DNA of 64,000 nucleotides, taken from positions 86 to 64,085 of the forward strand of contig CAYJNG010000001.1 of NCBI GenBank assembly GCA_964371505.1, written 5' to 3'. This DNA comes from an uncultured Desulfovibrionaceae bacterium (lineage in GTDB: Bacteria > Desulfobacterota > Desulfovibrionia > Desulfovibrionales > Desulfovibrionaceae). Positions 27,221 through 36,978 of the stretch are shown here, in pieces (positions within the stretch are counted from its first letter, which is position 1; each line of letters starts with the position of its first letter). The notes beneath the pieces are model-generated. The model saw only the letters and a program-made list of their open reading frames with translations. It had not been told where the DNA came from and made no database searches. The position numbers and the translations under genes are program-made.

Positions 27221-29152
27221 TTATATACGGCCTTGTTTTTTTATTTTATGGCGCAGGGCATGGCGCCATGTGGGCTGCACTTGTGTAAGGGTAAAGCCAT
27301 CTTCTTGCAGCATGGGGCGTAAATTGAGCATATGCGCCGTACCCACAAAAACCGCCGCGCGCCCTTGCTCTAAAAATGGCCGCATGCGCCGGCGAAAGCG
27401 CTCGTCTCGTTTATTGATAATGGTATGCGTGCGGGTGGGAAACTCGGCACTGGTGCCCATAAGGCGCAATAAATCTCCCTGCAAGTACGCTTGTACATTT
27501 TTACGTATCATGGAGGGCCACGTGTGGCAGTTTTGAAAATACCGTATGACACGCTGCGGCGGCACCGCATTTAATGAGGCCAACTGCTCTTCTAAGCTTT
27601 CCATGGCCACCACATTTTTTCCCATTTCATGGGCTAGATGCCATGCTTCCAAGTCCACCGACTGTTGCCACCCTTTACGCTCTAAAAAGCTTGTCCAAAG
27701 GGTGAAAAGAGCCGTCCATGGGCGGGTGTGGGCTAAGTACCACCGCACATCCACACGGCGTTTTGCCTGCATATTGAGTAGACGCGCCCAAAAACCTTCG
27801 GGCCCGCGTACCATGCGCTCCAAAGCGCGTATTTCGCTTTCTGTCAGTAAGGGTAAGAGCGGCTGTTGCTCAGGGGTAAGTGTTTTACCTTGTAAGCTTA
27901 CTTCTTGTAGGCTTTGTGCATCCAAGGGGCCTTCAAAAAGCACCGTATCCACTTGGTCAAAAAGTTTACGAAAATCTCGCTCAAAGGAATAGCAAAAAAA
28001 GTGTGCTGAGCCGCCAATCCACGAAATAGCATCGCCTTTTTGCACACGCCATAGCATGGCATGGGGGCGCTGTTCCGGTAGGGAGGCTAAAATCTGCCTT
28101 TTGGATAGCCCGCTTAAAAGATGTATGTTTTGTATGGCTTGGCTGGCGCCTTCCTTGTTAATGGCGCCGGAAGGCTGAGCCGCAGGGGCCGCGCCAAGGG
28201 CTGTAAGAAAAAGCCTTTGCACATCCTTGGTGAGGTTTTCTGCGTGCGGGGCTTCCATCCATGAGGCACGCATATAGGGTATGGTGGGCACGCCGCCCCA
28301 TTTACGCTTAAAGCGGGAAATACCTTCATGCACGCCTAAGCCCAAGTGAATGAAGGTCTTCTTTTCCTCGCGGGCCATATGCAGCATATGGGCAAAAAGA
28401 GCATCCACGGCATGGGGTATGTAATGGGTGCGAGAGTGCGCCCCCAGCACATAGGCGCAAAAGGTGGCGGGGGCAAAGTCTAATAATAAGGTGGCGGTGA
28501 GGTGCCCCTCATGTGTATATGCGTTGAGCAGACGTAAATGGGTGTGCGGCGTTCCAAGTACGCTGGGGGTGGCGAGGAAGAGGCGACGTACCATGTTATG
28601 CATGGGGGCGGGGTTAGACGCGGGCTTAGAGCCTGCGCTGCTACCCAAGGGGGTTGCATCATGCCCTTGCCTGCCTAAAAATTCCGTCCAAAGGCGACGA
28701 TGCTCCAAGGTAAAGTCTTGTCCCACATCAATACGTATGCGCTCATGGGCTTTGGCTATGGGCCTGCGTAACTTGTGTGGCACAGGGGCGTGCGCATCTA
28801 AGGTATAAAAAACATCTTTTTCTTGCACATGGGGCAGAAGTTCGGAGGGGAAATCTGGCCCTATGGCATAGCATTGTGTGGCGCCGGTGCGCGCCACGGC
28901 GGCATTTTTGGCTTGCAAAAAGTTTGGTGCTTGCAAAAAGTTTGGCGCTTGTAAAAAATTTTGCGCTGTGGGGGTGGCCTTGTCACTGTGTTTAGGCAAT
29001 AGCGGATAGCCTATGATGGTAAGCCAATCTTGCGCGCTGTAGCATAGGTAACCATCTTGCATAAAGGCCTGCCCTTGCGACACTTCGCGCATAAAGTGCA
29101 AGGAGTGTTCGGGCACGCTGGCGCGTAGGTAAAGGTCATCAGTGTCGAGCAT
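27221..29152 (-). CDS. Fusion protein: FemABX/MprF-C (DUF2156)-like domain + TraB/GumN/Tiki-type domain
   Basis: The N-terminal half has DVFYTL and LGLGVHEGISRFKRKWGGVP...SW. The C-terminal half has LWRVQKGDAISWIGGSAHF, ESLEEQL and AAVFVGTAHML, the TraB/GumN pattern. I favour the start at ATG 29152, which has GGAGA 5 nt upstream, over the track start at 29176. Confidence 0.55.
   Translation of the reverse strand: MLDTDDLYLRASVPEHSLHFMREVSQGQAFMQDGYLCYSAQDWLTIIGYPLLPKHSDKATPTAQNFLQAPNFLQAPNFLQAKNAAVARTGATQCYAIGPDFPSELLPHVQEKDVFYTLDAHAPVPHKLRRPIAKAHERIRIDVGQDFTLEHRRLWTEFLGRQGHDATPLGSSAGSKPASNPAPMHNMVRRLFLATPSVLGTPHTHLRLLNAYTHEGHLTATLLLDFAPATFCAYVLGAHSRTHYIPHAVDALFAHMLHMAREEKKTFIHLGLGVHEGISRFKRKWGGVPTIPYMRASWMEAPHAENLTKDVQRLFLTALGAAPAAQPSGAINKEGASQAIQNIHLLSGLSKRQILASLPEQRPHAMLWRVQKGDAISWIGGSAHFFCYSFERDFRKLFDQVDTVLFEGPLDAQSLQEVSLQGKTLTPEQQPLLPLLTESEIRALERMVRGPEGFWARLLNMQAKRRVDVRWYLAHTRPWTALFTLWTSFLERKGWQQSVDLEAWHLAHEMGKNVVAMESLEEQLASLNAVPPQRVIRYFQNCHTWPSMIRKNVQAYLQGDLLRLMGTSAEFPTRTHTIINKRDERFRRRMRPFLEQGRAAVFVGTAHMLNLRPMLQEDGFTLTQVQPTWRHALRHKIKKQGRI
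28911..28964. repeat. In-frame 18-bp tandem repeat x3 inside the fusion gene
   Basis: GCTTGCAAAAAGTTTGGT / GCTTGCAAAAAGTTTGGC / GCTTGTAAAAAATTTTGC, which encode QNFLQAPNFLQAPNFLQAKN on the minus strand. Confidence 0.95.
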
Positions 29153-29231
29153 ACTTTTCTCCACAAGTTTGTGCATACGAAAATCTGAGACTACTGGGAA
29201 TTTGATTATTTATAGTATAAAAAATTAGAGT

Positions 29232-29450
29232 TTGTGCAAAGAGAAAAATTCACAAAGTGGCATTTTTCCTCTGTCTAGGATGGATAAAACGTGTTTTCGT
29301 TATGTGCAGGACAAAAATATTTGTATAGAGTTTTCTACTCAGAAAAACATCCAAAGAGAGTGTTACTTGCGTTTTACATGGGCTTTTTGCTCATGGGCAA
29401 AAAGATGCCAGCTTCTGTGCCAGCGCAAGAGATGGAGTGCTAGCCCTTAA
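29232..29450 (+). other. Candidate small transcript: Cys-rich sORF (56 aa from ATG 29280, 72 aa from TTG 29232) or an sRNA/leader
   Basis: The open frame ends 18 nt before a strong plus-strand terminator. The peptide is MDKTCFRYVQDKNICIEFSTQKNIQRECYLRFTWAFCSWAKRCQLLCQRKRWSASP. There is no convincing Shine-Dalgarno, so coding status is unproven. Confidence 0.25.
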
Positions 29451-29467
29451 AGCTTTTCTTTTATATC

Positions 29468-29494
29468 AAGCCCCGACTGCTCGGGGCTTTTTTG
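29468..29494 (+). terminator. Intrinsic terminator (or attenuator) 70 nt upstream of the dCMP deaminase-rib operon
   Basis: AAGCCCCGA-ctgc-TCGGGGCTT followed by TTTTTG. Confidence 0.75.
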
Positions 29495-29564
29495 TCCCCT
29501 TTAACACTTGGCAAAGAGGGGCTTCCTGTGTATTGTCGTGCTTTGTGTAAAATAAGAGGACTGT

Positions 29565-30020
29565 ATGGAAAGACTGCCTTGGCCAGAATATTTCATGCGC
29601 ATCGCTTATATGGTGGCAGAGCGCAGTACATGTGCACGCCGTAAGGTGGGCGCTGTTGCCGTGCGGGATAATCGCATCCTTGCTACAGGCTATAATGGCG
29701 CGCCTGCGGGCATGCGGCACTGTCTTGATATAGGGTGCTTGCGTCAGCAAATGGCCATTCCTTCTGGGGAGCGTCACGAAATTTGCCGCGCCATCCATGC
29801 AGAACAAAATATTATTGTGCAAGCAGCCACTCACGGTGTGCAGCTTGATGGAGCCGATATTTATTGTACTACCTTTCCTTGCGGTATTTGTGCAAAGTTG
29901 TTGATTAATTGTGGTATAAAGTCCATATTTTATGTGGAGTATTACCCCGATGAACTGGCTGTGCAAATGCTTCGTGAGGCAAATATTATGTGTATGCAAA
30001 TGGAGCGCCCCAAGGAGTAG
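29565..30020 (+). CDS. dCMP deaminase (ComEB-type cytidine/deoxycytidylate deaminase)
   Basis: Zinc motifs HAEQN and PCGICAKLL. 151 aa. Confidence 0.85.
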   Translation: MERLPWPEYFMRIAYMVAERSTCARRKVGAVAVRDNRILATGYNGAPAGMRHCLDIGCLRQQMAIPSGERHEICRAIHAEQNIIVQAATHGVQLDGADIYCTTFPCGICAKLLINCGIKSIFYVEYYPDELAVQMLREANIMCMQMERPKE

Positions 30021-30023
30021 TTT

Positions 30024-31163
30024 ATGGAAGAAGTAACTTTTGCCAACGCCATGCGTCATGCTGCAACCCTTGCTTTGCAAGGGCGTGCGCTAGTATATCC
30101 TAACCCCACAGTGGGTGCGGTGCTTGTGCGTGACGGTGCCATTGTGGCCGAAGGGTGGCATAAAGTTTACGGCGGGCCCCATGCTGAGGTGGTATGTTTA
30201 CAAGATGCTGCAGAAAAAGGCGTTGATGCTAGTCAGTGCACTTTAGTGGTAACTCTTGAGCCTTGCCACCATCACGGTAAAACGCCTCCTTGCACGGAAG
30301 CCATTGTAAAGGCCGGCATTAAACATGTGGTTTTTGGCATGCGCGACCCCAACGAAAAAGCCGCCGGCGGCGCTGCTTATCTTGCCTCTCAAGGTATTAA
30401 GGTAGAAGAAGGCGTGGAAGCGCAGCTGTGCCAAGATCTTTTGGCGGATTTTCTTTGCTGGCGAGAGAAAAAGCGCCCCTATGTATTGCTCAAGCTTGCT
30501 TCTACTTTAGATGGGCGCATAGCTACACGTTCTGGGCATTCGCAATGGGTGAGCAGCCAAGGTTCGCGTAATAGGGTGCAGCTTATGCGCAGAAAGCTTG
30601 CGCAAGTGGGCGGAGCCATTATGATTGGCGGAGGTACCTTTCGAGTGGATAATCCGCGCCTTACTGTGCGCTATCCCGAAGGTGAAGACGGCCCGCAACC
30701 CCTTGCTTGTATTGTCACTTCTCGTTTACCTGTGGTAAGTCTTGATAATACTTTATTGCAAACACGCCCTAAGGACGCCATATTCTTTTCCACTCCTGCT
30801 GGGGCGGCTTCTCCCACAGCTAAAGCCCTAGAAGAAATGGGCGCCAGAGTGTGGTCACAGGCGCCGCAAAGCGGGGCTGTGCGTTTGCCGCAATTGGATA
30901 TTTTGCTTGAGCGTCTTTTTACGGAATTAAATTGTCCTTATGTACTGTGCGAAGGCGGCGGAAAGCTTGCTTTAAGCCTGCTTGAGCTTGGCCTTGTGGA
31001 TGAGTTTCACCTGCACCTTGCCCCCTGCATTTTGGGGGATAATGAAGCCAAACCTCTTTTTGACGGTAAGAGCCCCATGAATATGTCTGAAGCGCTTTCC
31101 TTACGCATTAGCGATTATGAAATGCATGGCGAAGATATTCATATAGTATTGAGACCCAAATAA
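30024..31163 (+). CDS. ribD: Bifunctional riboflavin biosynthesis deaminase/reductase RibD
   Basis: HAEV and TLEPCHHHGKTPPC deaminase motifs, plus a C-terminal reductase domain (KLASTLDGRIA). Confidence 0.93.
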   Translation: MEEVTFANAMRHAATLALQGRALVYPNPTVGAVLVRDGAIVAEGWHKVYGGPHAEVVCLQDAAEKGVDASQCTLVVTLEPCHHHGKTPPCTEAIVKAGIKHVVFGMRDPNEKAAGGAAYLASQGIKVEEGVEAQLCQDLLADFLCWREKKRPYVLLKLASTLDGRIATRSGHSQWVSSQGSRNRVQLMRRKLAQVGGAIMIGGGTFRVDNPRLTVRYPEGEDGPQPLACIVTSRLPVVSLDNTLLQTRPKDAIFFSTPAGAASPTAKALEEMGARVWSQAPQSGAVRLPQLDILLERLFTELNCPYVLCEGGGKLALSLLELGLVDEFHLHLAPCILGDNEAKPLFDGKSPMNMSEALSLRISDYEMHGEDIHIVLRPK

Positions 31164-31828
31164 TGTTTACAGGACTTATTCAAGGGCAGGGCACCATTAC
31201 TGCCATACAAGCTCAAGGTGCTGATAAGCGCCTTTCTTTACGCACGCACTTTGTGCTGGACGCTTTGGAAATGGGCGAATCCATAGCCGTGAACGGCGTT
31301 TGTTTAACGGTAGAAAGTGGGAGTAGTCATTCCTTTACAGCCTTTGTATCTGCTGAATCCCTCACGCATACTAATATAGGCCTTTTATCGCAGGGTGATG
31401 TGGTAAATCTGGAGCGAGCTTTGGCCGTGGGCCAGCGTCTTGGCGGTCATATAGTGAGCGGGCATGTGGATTGTGTGGCCACCGTGGCAGATATTAGCCT
31501 TGTGGGGCAGTCGCGCTGCATACGTTTGCACTTTCCGCAGCAGTATAGCCCAGAAATTATTTCCAAGGGCTCTGTCACCTTGGACGGTATTAGCCTTACC
31601 GTAAACGCATGTGGCCCTGACTTTTTGGAAGTAAATGTTATTCCAGAAACATGGTCTGTTACCACTGTGGGTGCGTGGAAGGTGGGAGCAAAGGTAAACC
31701 TAGAAACGGATATTATCGGTAAATATGTGCGGCATATGCTTAGTCCTTTTGTTACTACGGGGCAAGGCGTAACGCAAAAGCAAAGTGCCATTACCGAAAG
31801 TTTATTACAGCAACACGGATTTTTATAA
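31163..31828 (+). CDS. ribE: Riboflavin synthase
   Basis: The N-terminus MFTGLIQGQG and an internal duplicated lumazine-binding repeat (GESIAVNGVCLTV / GSVTLDGISLTV). Confidence 0.93.
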   Translation: MFTGLIQGQGTITAIQAQGADKRLSLRTHFVLDALEMGESIAVNGVCLTVESGSSHSFTAFVSAESLTHTNIGLLSQGDVVNLERALAVGQRLGGHIVSGHVDCVATVADISLVGQSRCIRLHFPQQYSPEIISKGSVTLDGISLTVNACGPDFLEVNVIPETWSVTTVGAWKVGAKVNLETDIIGKYVRHMLSPFVTTGQGVTQKQSAITESLLQQHGFL

Positions 31829-31855
31829 AATCGCATTATTGTAAGGAAATATATT

Positions 31856-33094
31856 ATGCCATTGTGTACCATAGAAGAGGCCATTGAGGATATTCGCCAA
31901 GGTAAAATGATTATCTTGGTGGATGATGAAGACCGTGAAAATGAAGGCGATCTTACCATTGCTGCAGAGCATGTGACACCAGAAGTTATTAATTTTATGG
32001 CTAAATACGGCCGTGGTCTCATTTGTTTACCGCTAAGCGCTGAGCGCTGCGACCACTTGAACCTTGGGCTTATGACACAGCGTAATGGCTCAAAATTTGG
32101 TACCAATTTTACCGTATCCATTGAAGCGCGTCATGGTGTGACCACCGGTATTTCTGCCAGTGATAGAGCCACCACCATTTTAGCTGCCGTGGCCGATGAT
32201 GTGCGCCCCGAAGATATTGTAACCCCTGGGCATATTTTCCCTTTACGCGCCCGCCCCGGCGGCGTGCTTGTGCGCGCAGGACAAACCGAAGGCAGTGTGG
32301 ATCTTTCCGTATTGGCCGGTTGCAAAGATGCAGCGGTTATTTGCGAAATTATGAATGACGATGGCGAGATGATGCGTCTGCCGGAGTTGGAAGTTTTTGC
32401 TGCAGAGCATGGATTAAAAATTGCTGCAGTGAAGGATCTTATTCGTTATCGCATGCGCCGCGGGCAGGTTTCTGTTCGCCGTGTGGGTGAGGCGCATTTG
32501 CCCTCTGTTCATGGGGACTTTACCATAGTAGCCTATGAAAATGATGTGGATAGCAGTGAGCATGTGGCCATTGTGAAGGGAGATATTTCCGGCACAGACC
32601 CTGTGCTTGTGCGTGTCCATAGTGAGTGCCTAACCGGCGATGCTTTAGGCTCCATACGTTGCGATTGCCGCGGGCAGCTGGCTGCTGCTTTACAGCGCAT
32701 AGAAAAAGAAGGTCGCGGTGTGGTCTTATACATGCGTCAGGAAGGGCGTGGCATTGGTCTTGCCAATAAAATTCGCGCTTATGCTTTGCAAGATCAAGGC
32801 TATGACACTGTAGAAGCCAATGAAAAGCTTGGTTTTGCGCCGGACTTGCGTGATTACGGCACCGGAGCGCAAATATTAGTAGATTTAGGCATTGGTAAAA
32901 TGCGCATGATGACCAATAATCCTAAGAAGATTGTAGGATTAGAAGGTTATGGTATTGAAATTGTGGAGCGCGTGCCCATTGAAACTAAAGCTTGTGCTTG
33001 CAATACGGGATATTTGCAAACCAAGAAGGAAAAGATGGGGCATTTGCTTTCTGAACTTTGTGAAGATTGTGCAGAGAAAGTAGGCGACGCATAG
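31856..33094 (+). CDS. ribBA: Bifunctional 3,4-dihydroxy-2-butanone-4-phosphate synthase / GTP cyclohydrolase II
   Basis: [11 protein letters not shown] (RibB) and [22 protein letters not shown] (RibA zinc site). Confidence 0.95.
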   Translation: MPLCTIEEAIEDIRQGKMIILVDDEDRENEGDLTIAAEHVTPEVINFMAKYGRGLICLPLSAERCDHLNLGLMTQRNGSKFGTNFTVSIEARHGVTTGISASDRATTILAAVADDVRPEDIVTPGHIFPLRARPGGVLVRAGQTEGSVDLSVLAGCKDAAVICEIMNDDGEMMRLPELEVFAAEHGLKIAAVKDLIRYRMRRGQVSVRRVGEAHLPSVHGDFTIVAYENDVDSSEHVAIVKGDISGTDPVLVRVHSECLTGDALGSIRCDCRGQLAAALQRIEKEGRGVVLYMRQEGRGIGLANKIRAYALQDQGYDTVEANEKLGFAPDLRDYGTGAQILVDLGIGKMRMMTNNPKKIVGLEGYGIEIVERVPIETKACACNTGYLQTKKEKMGHLLSELCEDCAEKVGDA

Positions 33095-33269
33095 CTATAA
33101 GCTTTTATGGCTTGGTCGTATGTACCTTGTACTGTAAATAGTGCTGCCTGCGCGTATTCCATACGCACAGGCAGAAAATTATGCGGTATGAAAAGAAGTA
33201 ATGCCACAGTCAAAAAATCATCTTAACAAAGTAAAATAAACATATACTATAAAAATTTCGGAGGAATAT

Positions 33270-33740
33270 ATGTCAAAAATTCGCACCGTAGAGGGCATGT
33301 TGGATGCCAAGGGTTTAAAGTTTACCATCATTGCCACACGTTTTAACGACTTTATTGTGGATCGTTTGGTGGGTGGTGCCGTGGATTATTTAGTACGTCA
33401 TGGTTGTTCTGAAAAGGATATTACCATTGTGCGCATTCCCGGTGCTTTTGAAATGCCTGTGGTGTGCAAAAAAATTGCCGCCAAGAAAGATTGTGACGGT
33501 ATTTTGGCTTTGGGCGCTGTTATTCGTGGTGGCACCCCGCATTTTGATTTTGTAGCCAACGAAGCCACCAAGGGTCTTGCCCAAGTGTCTTTGGAATCAG
33601 GTATTCCCGTAGGCTTTGGTCTTTTAACCACTGATAACCTAGAGCAAGCCATAGAGCGCGCCGGCACCAAAGCTGGAAATAAGGGCGTTGAAGCCGCCGC
33701 TGCCGTGCTTGAGACTGTTCGTGTGTTGGAGCACATTTAG
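33270..33740 (+). CDS. ribH: 6,7-dimethyl-8-ribityllumazine synthase
   Basis: 156 aa. Blocks [20 protein letters not shown] and [14 protein letters not shown]. Confidence 0.95.
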   Translation: MSKIRTVEGMLDAKGLKFTIIATRFNDFIVDRLVGGAVDYLVRHGCSEKDITIVRIPGAFEMPVVCKKIAAKKDCDGILALGAVIRGGTPHFDFVANEATKGLAQVSLESGIPVGFGLLTTDNLEQAIERAGTKAGNKGVEAAAAVLETVRVLEHI

Positions 33741-34196
33741 ATGGCCAAAAAAAATTCACGCCGCAGCGAGCGCAGCTTTGCTTTTCAGGTACTATACAGC
33801 CTTTCTTTTTCGCCTGCGCACAGTTTAGAAGGCGTGCGTTCTGCTTTTCGTAAGTCTCCGGACTTTGTAGAAAAAGAAGACGCGCTTGAGGCTGTTCAAG
33901 GTTTTGCATGGGAGCTTGTTTCCGGCATTTGGAGCCATGAAAAAGAATTGGATGAGCTCATTGCCAAGTATTCGCACAATTGGCGTGTGAACCGCATGGG
34001 GCGTATTGAGCTTACCATCTTACGTATGGGCATGTTTGAAATGCTGTTTAGAGAAGATATCCCCGCCAAGGTGGCTATTAACGAGGCTTTGGAACTTTCT
34101 CGCCAGTACGGTGAAGAAAGCGCCAGATCTTTTTTAAATGGTATTTTGGATGCCGCGGCTAAGGCCTTGGAAAGCGGCGAAATTACAAAACGATAA
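33741..34196 (+). CDS. nusB: Transcription antitermination factor NusB
   Basis: 151 aa, immediately after ribH (conserved ribH-nusB linkage). Contains the AINEALELSRQYG block. Confidence 0.88.
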   Translation: MAKKNSRRSERSFAFQVLYSLSFSPAHSLEGVRSAFRKSPDFVEKEDALEAVQGFAWELVSGIWSHEKELDELIAKYSHNWRVNRMGRIELTILRMGMFEMLFREDIPAKVAINEALELSRQYGEESARSFLNGILDAAAKALESGEITKR

Positions 34197-34253
34197 TACA
34201 GTGGTCATGCGCTCTTGTGGCGCTGTGACTGAGAAGAGTTTTAAGGAAATTCC

Positions 34254-36791
34254 ATGACGCAGGATAAATATACACCGGGTAGCATTGAAGTAAAATGGCA
34301 AGCCCACTGGGACAAAGAACAAACTTTTGCCGTATCGCACACTTCGCCCAAGCCTAAATACTATGTGCTGGAAATGTTGCCCTATCCTTCCGGTAATATT
34401 CATATGGGCCATGTGCGTAACTACTCCATTGGAGATGTGGTAGCGCGTTTTAAGCGCATGCAAGGTTTTAATGTATTGCACCCCATGGGTTGGGATGCTT
34501 TGGGCCTGCCTGCAGAAAATGCCGCCATTAAAAACAATACGCATCCTGCCGCATGGACTTTTTCTAACATTGATAATATGCGTAAGCAGTTACGTCGCCT
34601 TGGCTATTCTTATGACTGGAATAGAGAGGTGGCCACCTGCGTGCCGGAGTATTATCGTTGGGAGCAGCTATTCTTTTTGAAAATGCTGGAAAAAGACCTT
34701 ATTTATCGTAAAAAAGCGCCGCAAAACTGGTGTCCAGATTGTCATACCGTGCTTGCCAATGAGCAAGTTATTGACGGTCTTTGCTGGCGCTGTGATTCTG
34801 TGGTGGAGCAAAAAGAACTTACTCAGTGGTTTGTACGTATTACAGCCTATGCAGAAGAACTTTTGGCTGATTTAGACAAATTGCATAAAGGCTGGCCTGA
34901 GCGCGTTATTGCCATGCAAAATAACTGGATTGGCAAATCCCACGGGGCAGAAATTACTTTCCCCTTGGAAAATGCGCTCACCGTGGATGGCAAAGAGTAT
35001 AAGGGTATTGATGTCTTTACCACTCGTCCAGATACAGTCTTTGGCGTAAGCTTTATGACGCTTGCCCCTGAGCACCCCTTGGTGGAGCAGCTCATAGCTG
35101 GTAAGCCGCAAGAGGCTGAGGTGCGCGCCTTTGTGGAGCGTATCCGCAATATGGATCGTATAGACAGGCAAGCTGAAACGTTAGAAAAAGAAGGCATTGC
35201 CACCGGTGCCTATTGCACGCACCCCTTTACTGGTAAGCAAGTGCCCATCTGGTTAGGAAATTTTGTTTTGGCAGATTATGGTACCGGCGCCGTTATGGGC
35301 GTACCAGCGCATGATCAACGTGATTTTGAATTTGCCAAAAAATATGGCTTGAGTTTTATTCCCGTTATTCAGCCTGAAGGCGTGGCTACGCTTGATGTGG
35401 CGAGCATGACTGAAGCCTGGACAGGCGCTGGCGTCATGTTTAATTCCGGTGAATTTGACGGCACAGACAATGAAGAAGGTAAAAAAGCTGTGGCCAGCGC
35501 TTTGGAAGATAAGGTTCTTGGCAAAGCTACAGTGCAATACCGCCTGCGCGATTGGAATATTTCTCGTCAGCGTTATTGGGGTGCCCCCATACCCATTATC
35601 TTCTGTGAAGCGTGCGGTGTGGTGCCAGAAAAGGAAGAAAATCTGCCTGTGGTATTGCCGCTGGATGTGAAAACGCAAGAAGACGGACGCTCTCCCTTGC
35701 CTGATGCGGCTTCCTTCTACGCCTGCACCTGCCCTCAGTGTGGCGGTGAGGCCCGTCGCGAGACGGACACCATGGATACCTTTGTGGAGTCTTCTTGGTA
35801 TTTTGCTCGTTATGCCGATGCGCGCAACGATAAAGCGCCTTTTGATAAGGATATTATTAAGCATTGGATGCCGGTGGACCAATATATTGGTGGCGTTGAG
35901 CATGCTATTTTGCACTTGTTGTACTCACGCTTTTATACCAAAGCCTTGCGCGATTTAGGTTTTTATCCGGATGATATGGATGAGCCATTTACCAACCTGC
36001 TTACGCAAGGTATGGTGCTTATGGATGGTTCTAAAATGTCTAAATCTAAGGGCAATGTAGTTGACCCTACGCAGATGATAGAAAAATACGGCGCTGATAC
36101 CGTGCGCTTGTTCTGCCTTTTTGCAGCGCCACCAGAGCGTGATTTTGACTGGTCGGAAAGCGGCATTGACGGCTCATCGCGTTTCTTAAATCGTGTTTGG
36201 CGTTTGTTTGCCGATGAGCGTGCGTATTTATTGCCTATGACGTCTTGCTCCAGCACGGCACAAGATGCTGCCAGCGCAGAAAATAGTGCCGCTGCTAAGG
36301 AGTTGCGCCGCAAAGAGCACCTCACAGTGAAGAAGGTGCAAAGCGATATAGAAAATAAATATCAGTTTAACACTGCCATTTCTGCTGTTATGGAACTGGT
36401 TAATGCCATGTATTTGTCTCGTGAAGCCTTGCGAGACGAAGCAGGGCGTAAGGTCTTTTCTTCAGCCATGGGCACGGTTATCACCTTATTATGTCCCTTC
36501 ACGCCGCATATGAGCGAGGAGCTATGGCAAGACCTTGGGCATGTGGGTGAAGTTTGTGACATGGCTTGGCCCACATGGCAGGCTGAAGCCACAGAGCAAG
36601 ATGTCATAACCCTTGTGGTACAGATTAACGGTAAATTACGTGGTAAGCTAGAAGTGCCAGCGCAAACCTCTAAAGAAGAGGCAGAAAAACTGGCCCTTGC
36701 CGATGCACAAGTGCAAAAGCATCTGAGTGGCTTAACAGTACGTAAAGTTATCGTAGTTCCGCAAAAACTGGTAAATATTGTAGCAAGTTAG
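34254..36791 (+). CDS. leuS: Leucine--tRNA ligase
   Basis: 845 aa. HIGH-type motif [13 protein letters not shown] and KMSKS motif SKMSKSKGN. Confidence 0.97.
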   Translation: MTQDKYTPGSIEVKWQAHWDKEQTFAVSHTSPKPKYYVLEMLPYPSGNIHMGHVRNYSIGDVVARFKRMQGFNVLHPMGWDALGLPAENAAIKNNTHPAAWTFSNIDNMRKQLRRLGYSYDWNREVATCVPEYYRWEQLFFLKMLEKDLIYRKKAPQNWCPDCHTVLANEQVIDGLCWRCDSVVEQKELTQWFVRITAYAEELLADLDKLHKGWPERVIAMQNNWIGKSHGAEITFPLENALTVDGKEYKGIDVFTTRPDTVFGVSFMTLAPEHPLVEQLIAGKPQEAEVRAFVERIRNMDRIDRQAETLEKEGIATGAYCTHPFTGKQVPIWLGNFVLADYGTGAVMGVPAHDQRDFEFAKKYGLSFIPVIQPEGVATLDVASMTEAWTGAGVMFNSGEFDGTDNEEGKKAVASALEDKVLGKATVQYRLRDWNISRQRYWGAPIPIIFCEACGVVPEKEENLPVVLPLDVKTQEDGRSPLPDAASFYACTCPQCGGEARRETDTMDTFVESSWYFARYADARNDKAPFDKDIIKHWMPVDQYIGGVEHAILHLLYSRFYTKALRDLGFYPDDMDEPFTNLLTQGMVLMDGSKMSKSKGNVVDPTQMIEKYGADTVRLFCLFAAPPERDFDWSESGIDGSSRFLNRVWRLFADERAYLLPMTSCSSTAQDAASAENSAAAKELRRKEHLTVKKVQSDIENKYQFNTAISAVMELVNAMYLSREALRDEAGRKVFSSAMGTVITLLCPFTPHMSEELWQDLGHVGEVCDMAWPTWQAEATEQDVITLVVQINGKLRGKLEVPAQTSKEEAEKLALADAQVQKHLSGLTVRKVIVVPQKLVNIVAS

Positions 36792-36978
36792 AAAGTATTG
36801 AGTTTGTATGCGGGGGAGGAAATTCTTTTTGCTAGTGTCAAAAAGGTTTTCTTTCTCCGCATCTGCGTTGCTTTTAAAGTACACTTTGTTTGTGCAGAGC
36901 TGCTAGAGCATTTTTGACATACCCATAACATACGTTAGTATAAACCCATAGCCATTCTCTTACATAATTAGGTTCGCC

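Noticed and set aside
29177-29564. FMN (RFN) riboswitch upstream of the dCMP deaminase-ribD operon; also examined in the ribBA-ribH spacer at 33095-33269
   Set aside because: The conserved FMN-element blocks (the GGGCAGGGTGAAATTCCC-type and CCGACAGT.AAGTCTGGATG-type blocks) are not present. The 33144-33174 hairpin has no T-run and no riboswitch-like flanks.
29466-30080. 204-aa minus-strand ORF
   Set aside because: It is antisense to the dCMP deaminase gene, which has both zinc-binding motifs. Its His/Cys/Leu-rich composition is odd.
31447-32121. 224-aa minus-strand ORF, plus similar long antisense or alternate-frame ORFs at 35253-35915, 41581-42195, 45140-45739, 46903-47373, 53095-53526, 55424-55924, 16749-17198 and 26183-26608
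   Set aside because: Each lies within or overlaps a confidently identified gene (ribE/ribBA, leuS, the YeiH-like gene, nfnA, argS, the M16 peptidase, the SMR pair, the radical-SAM gene). None has a recognisable motif or an SD-supported start.
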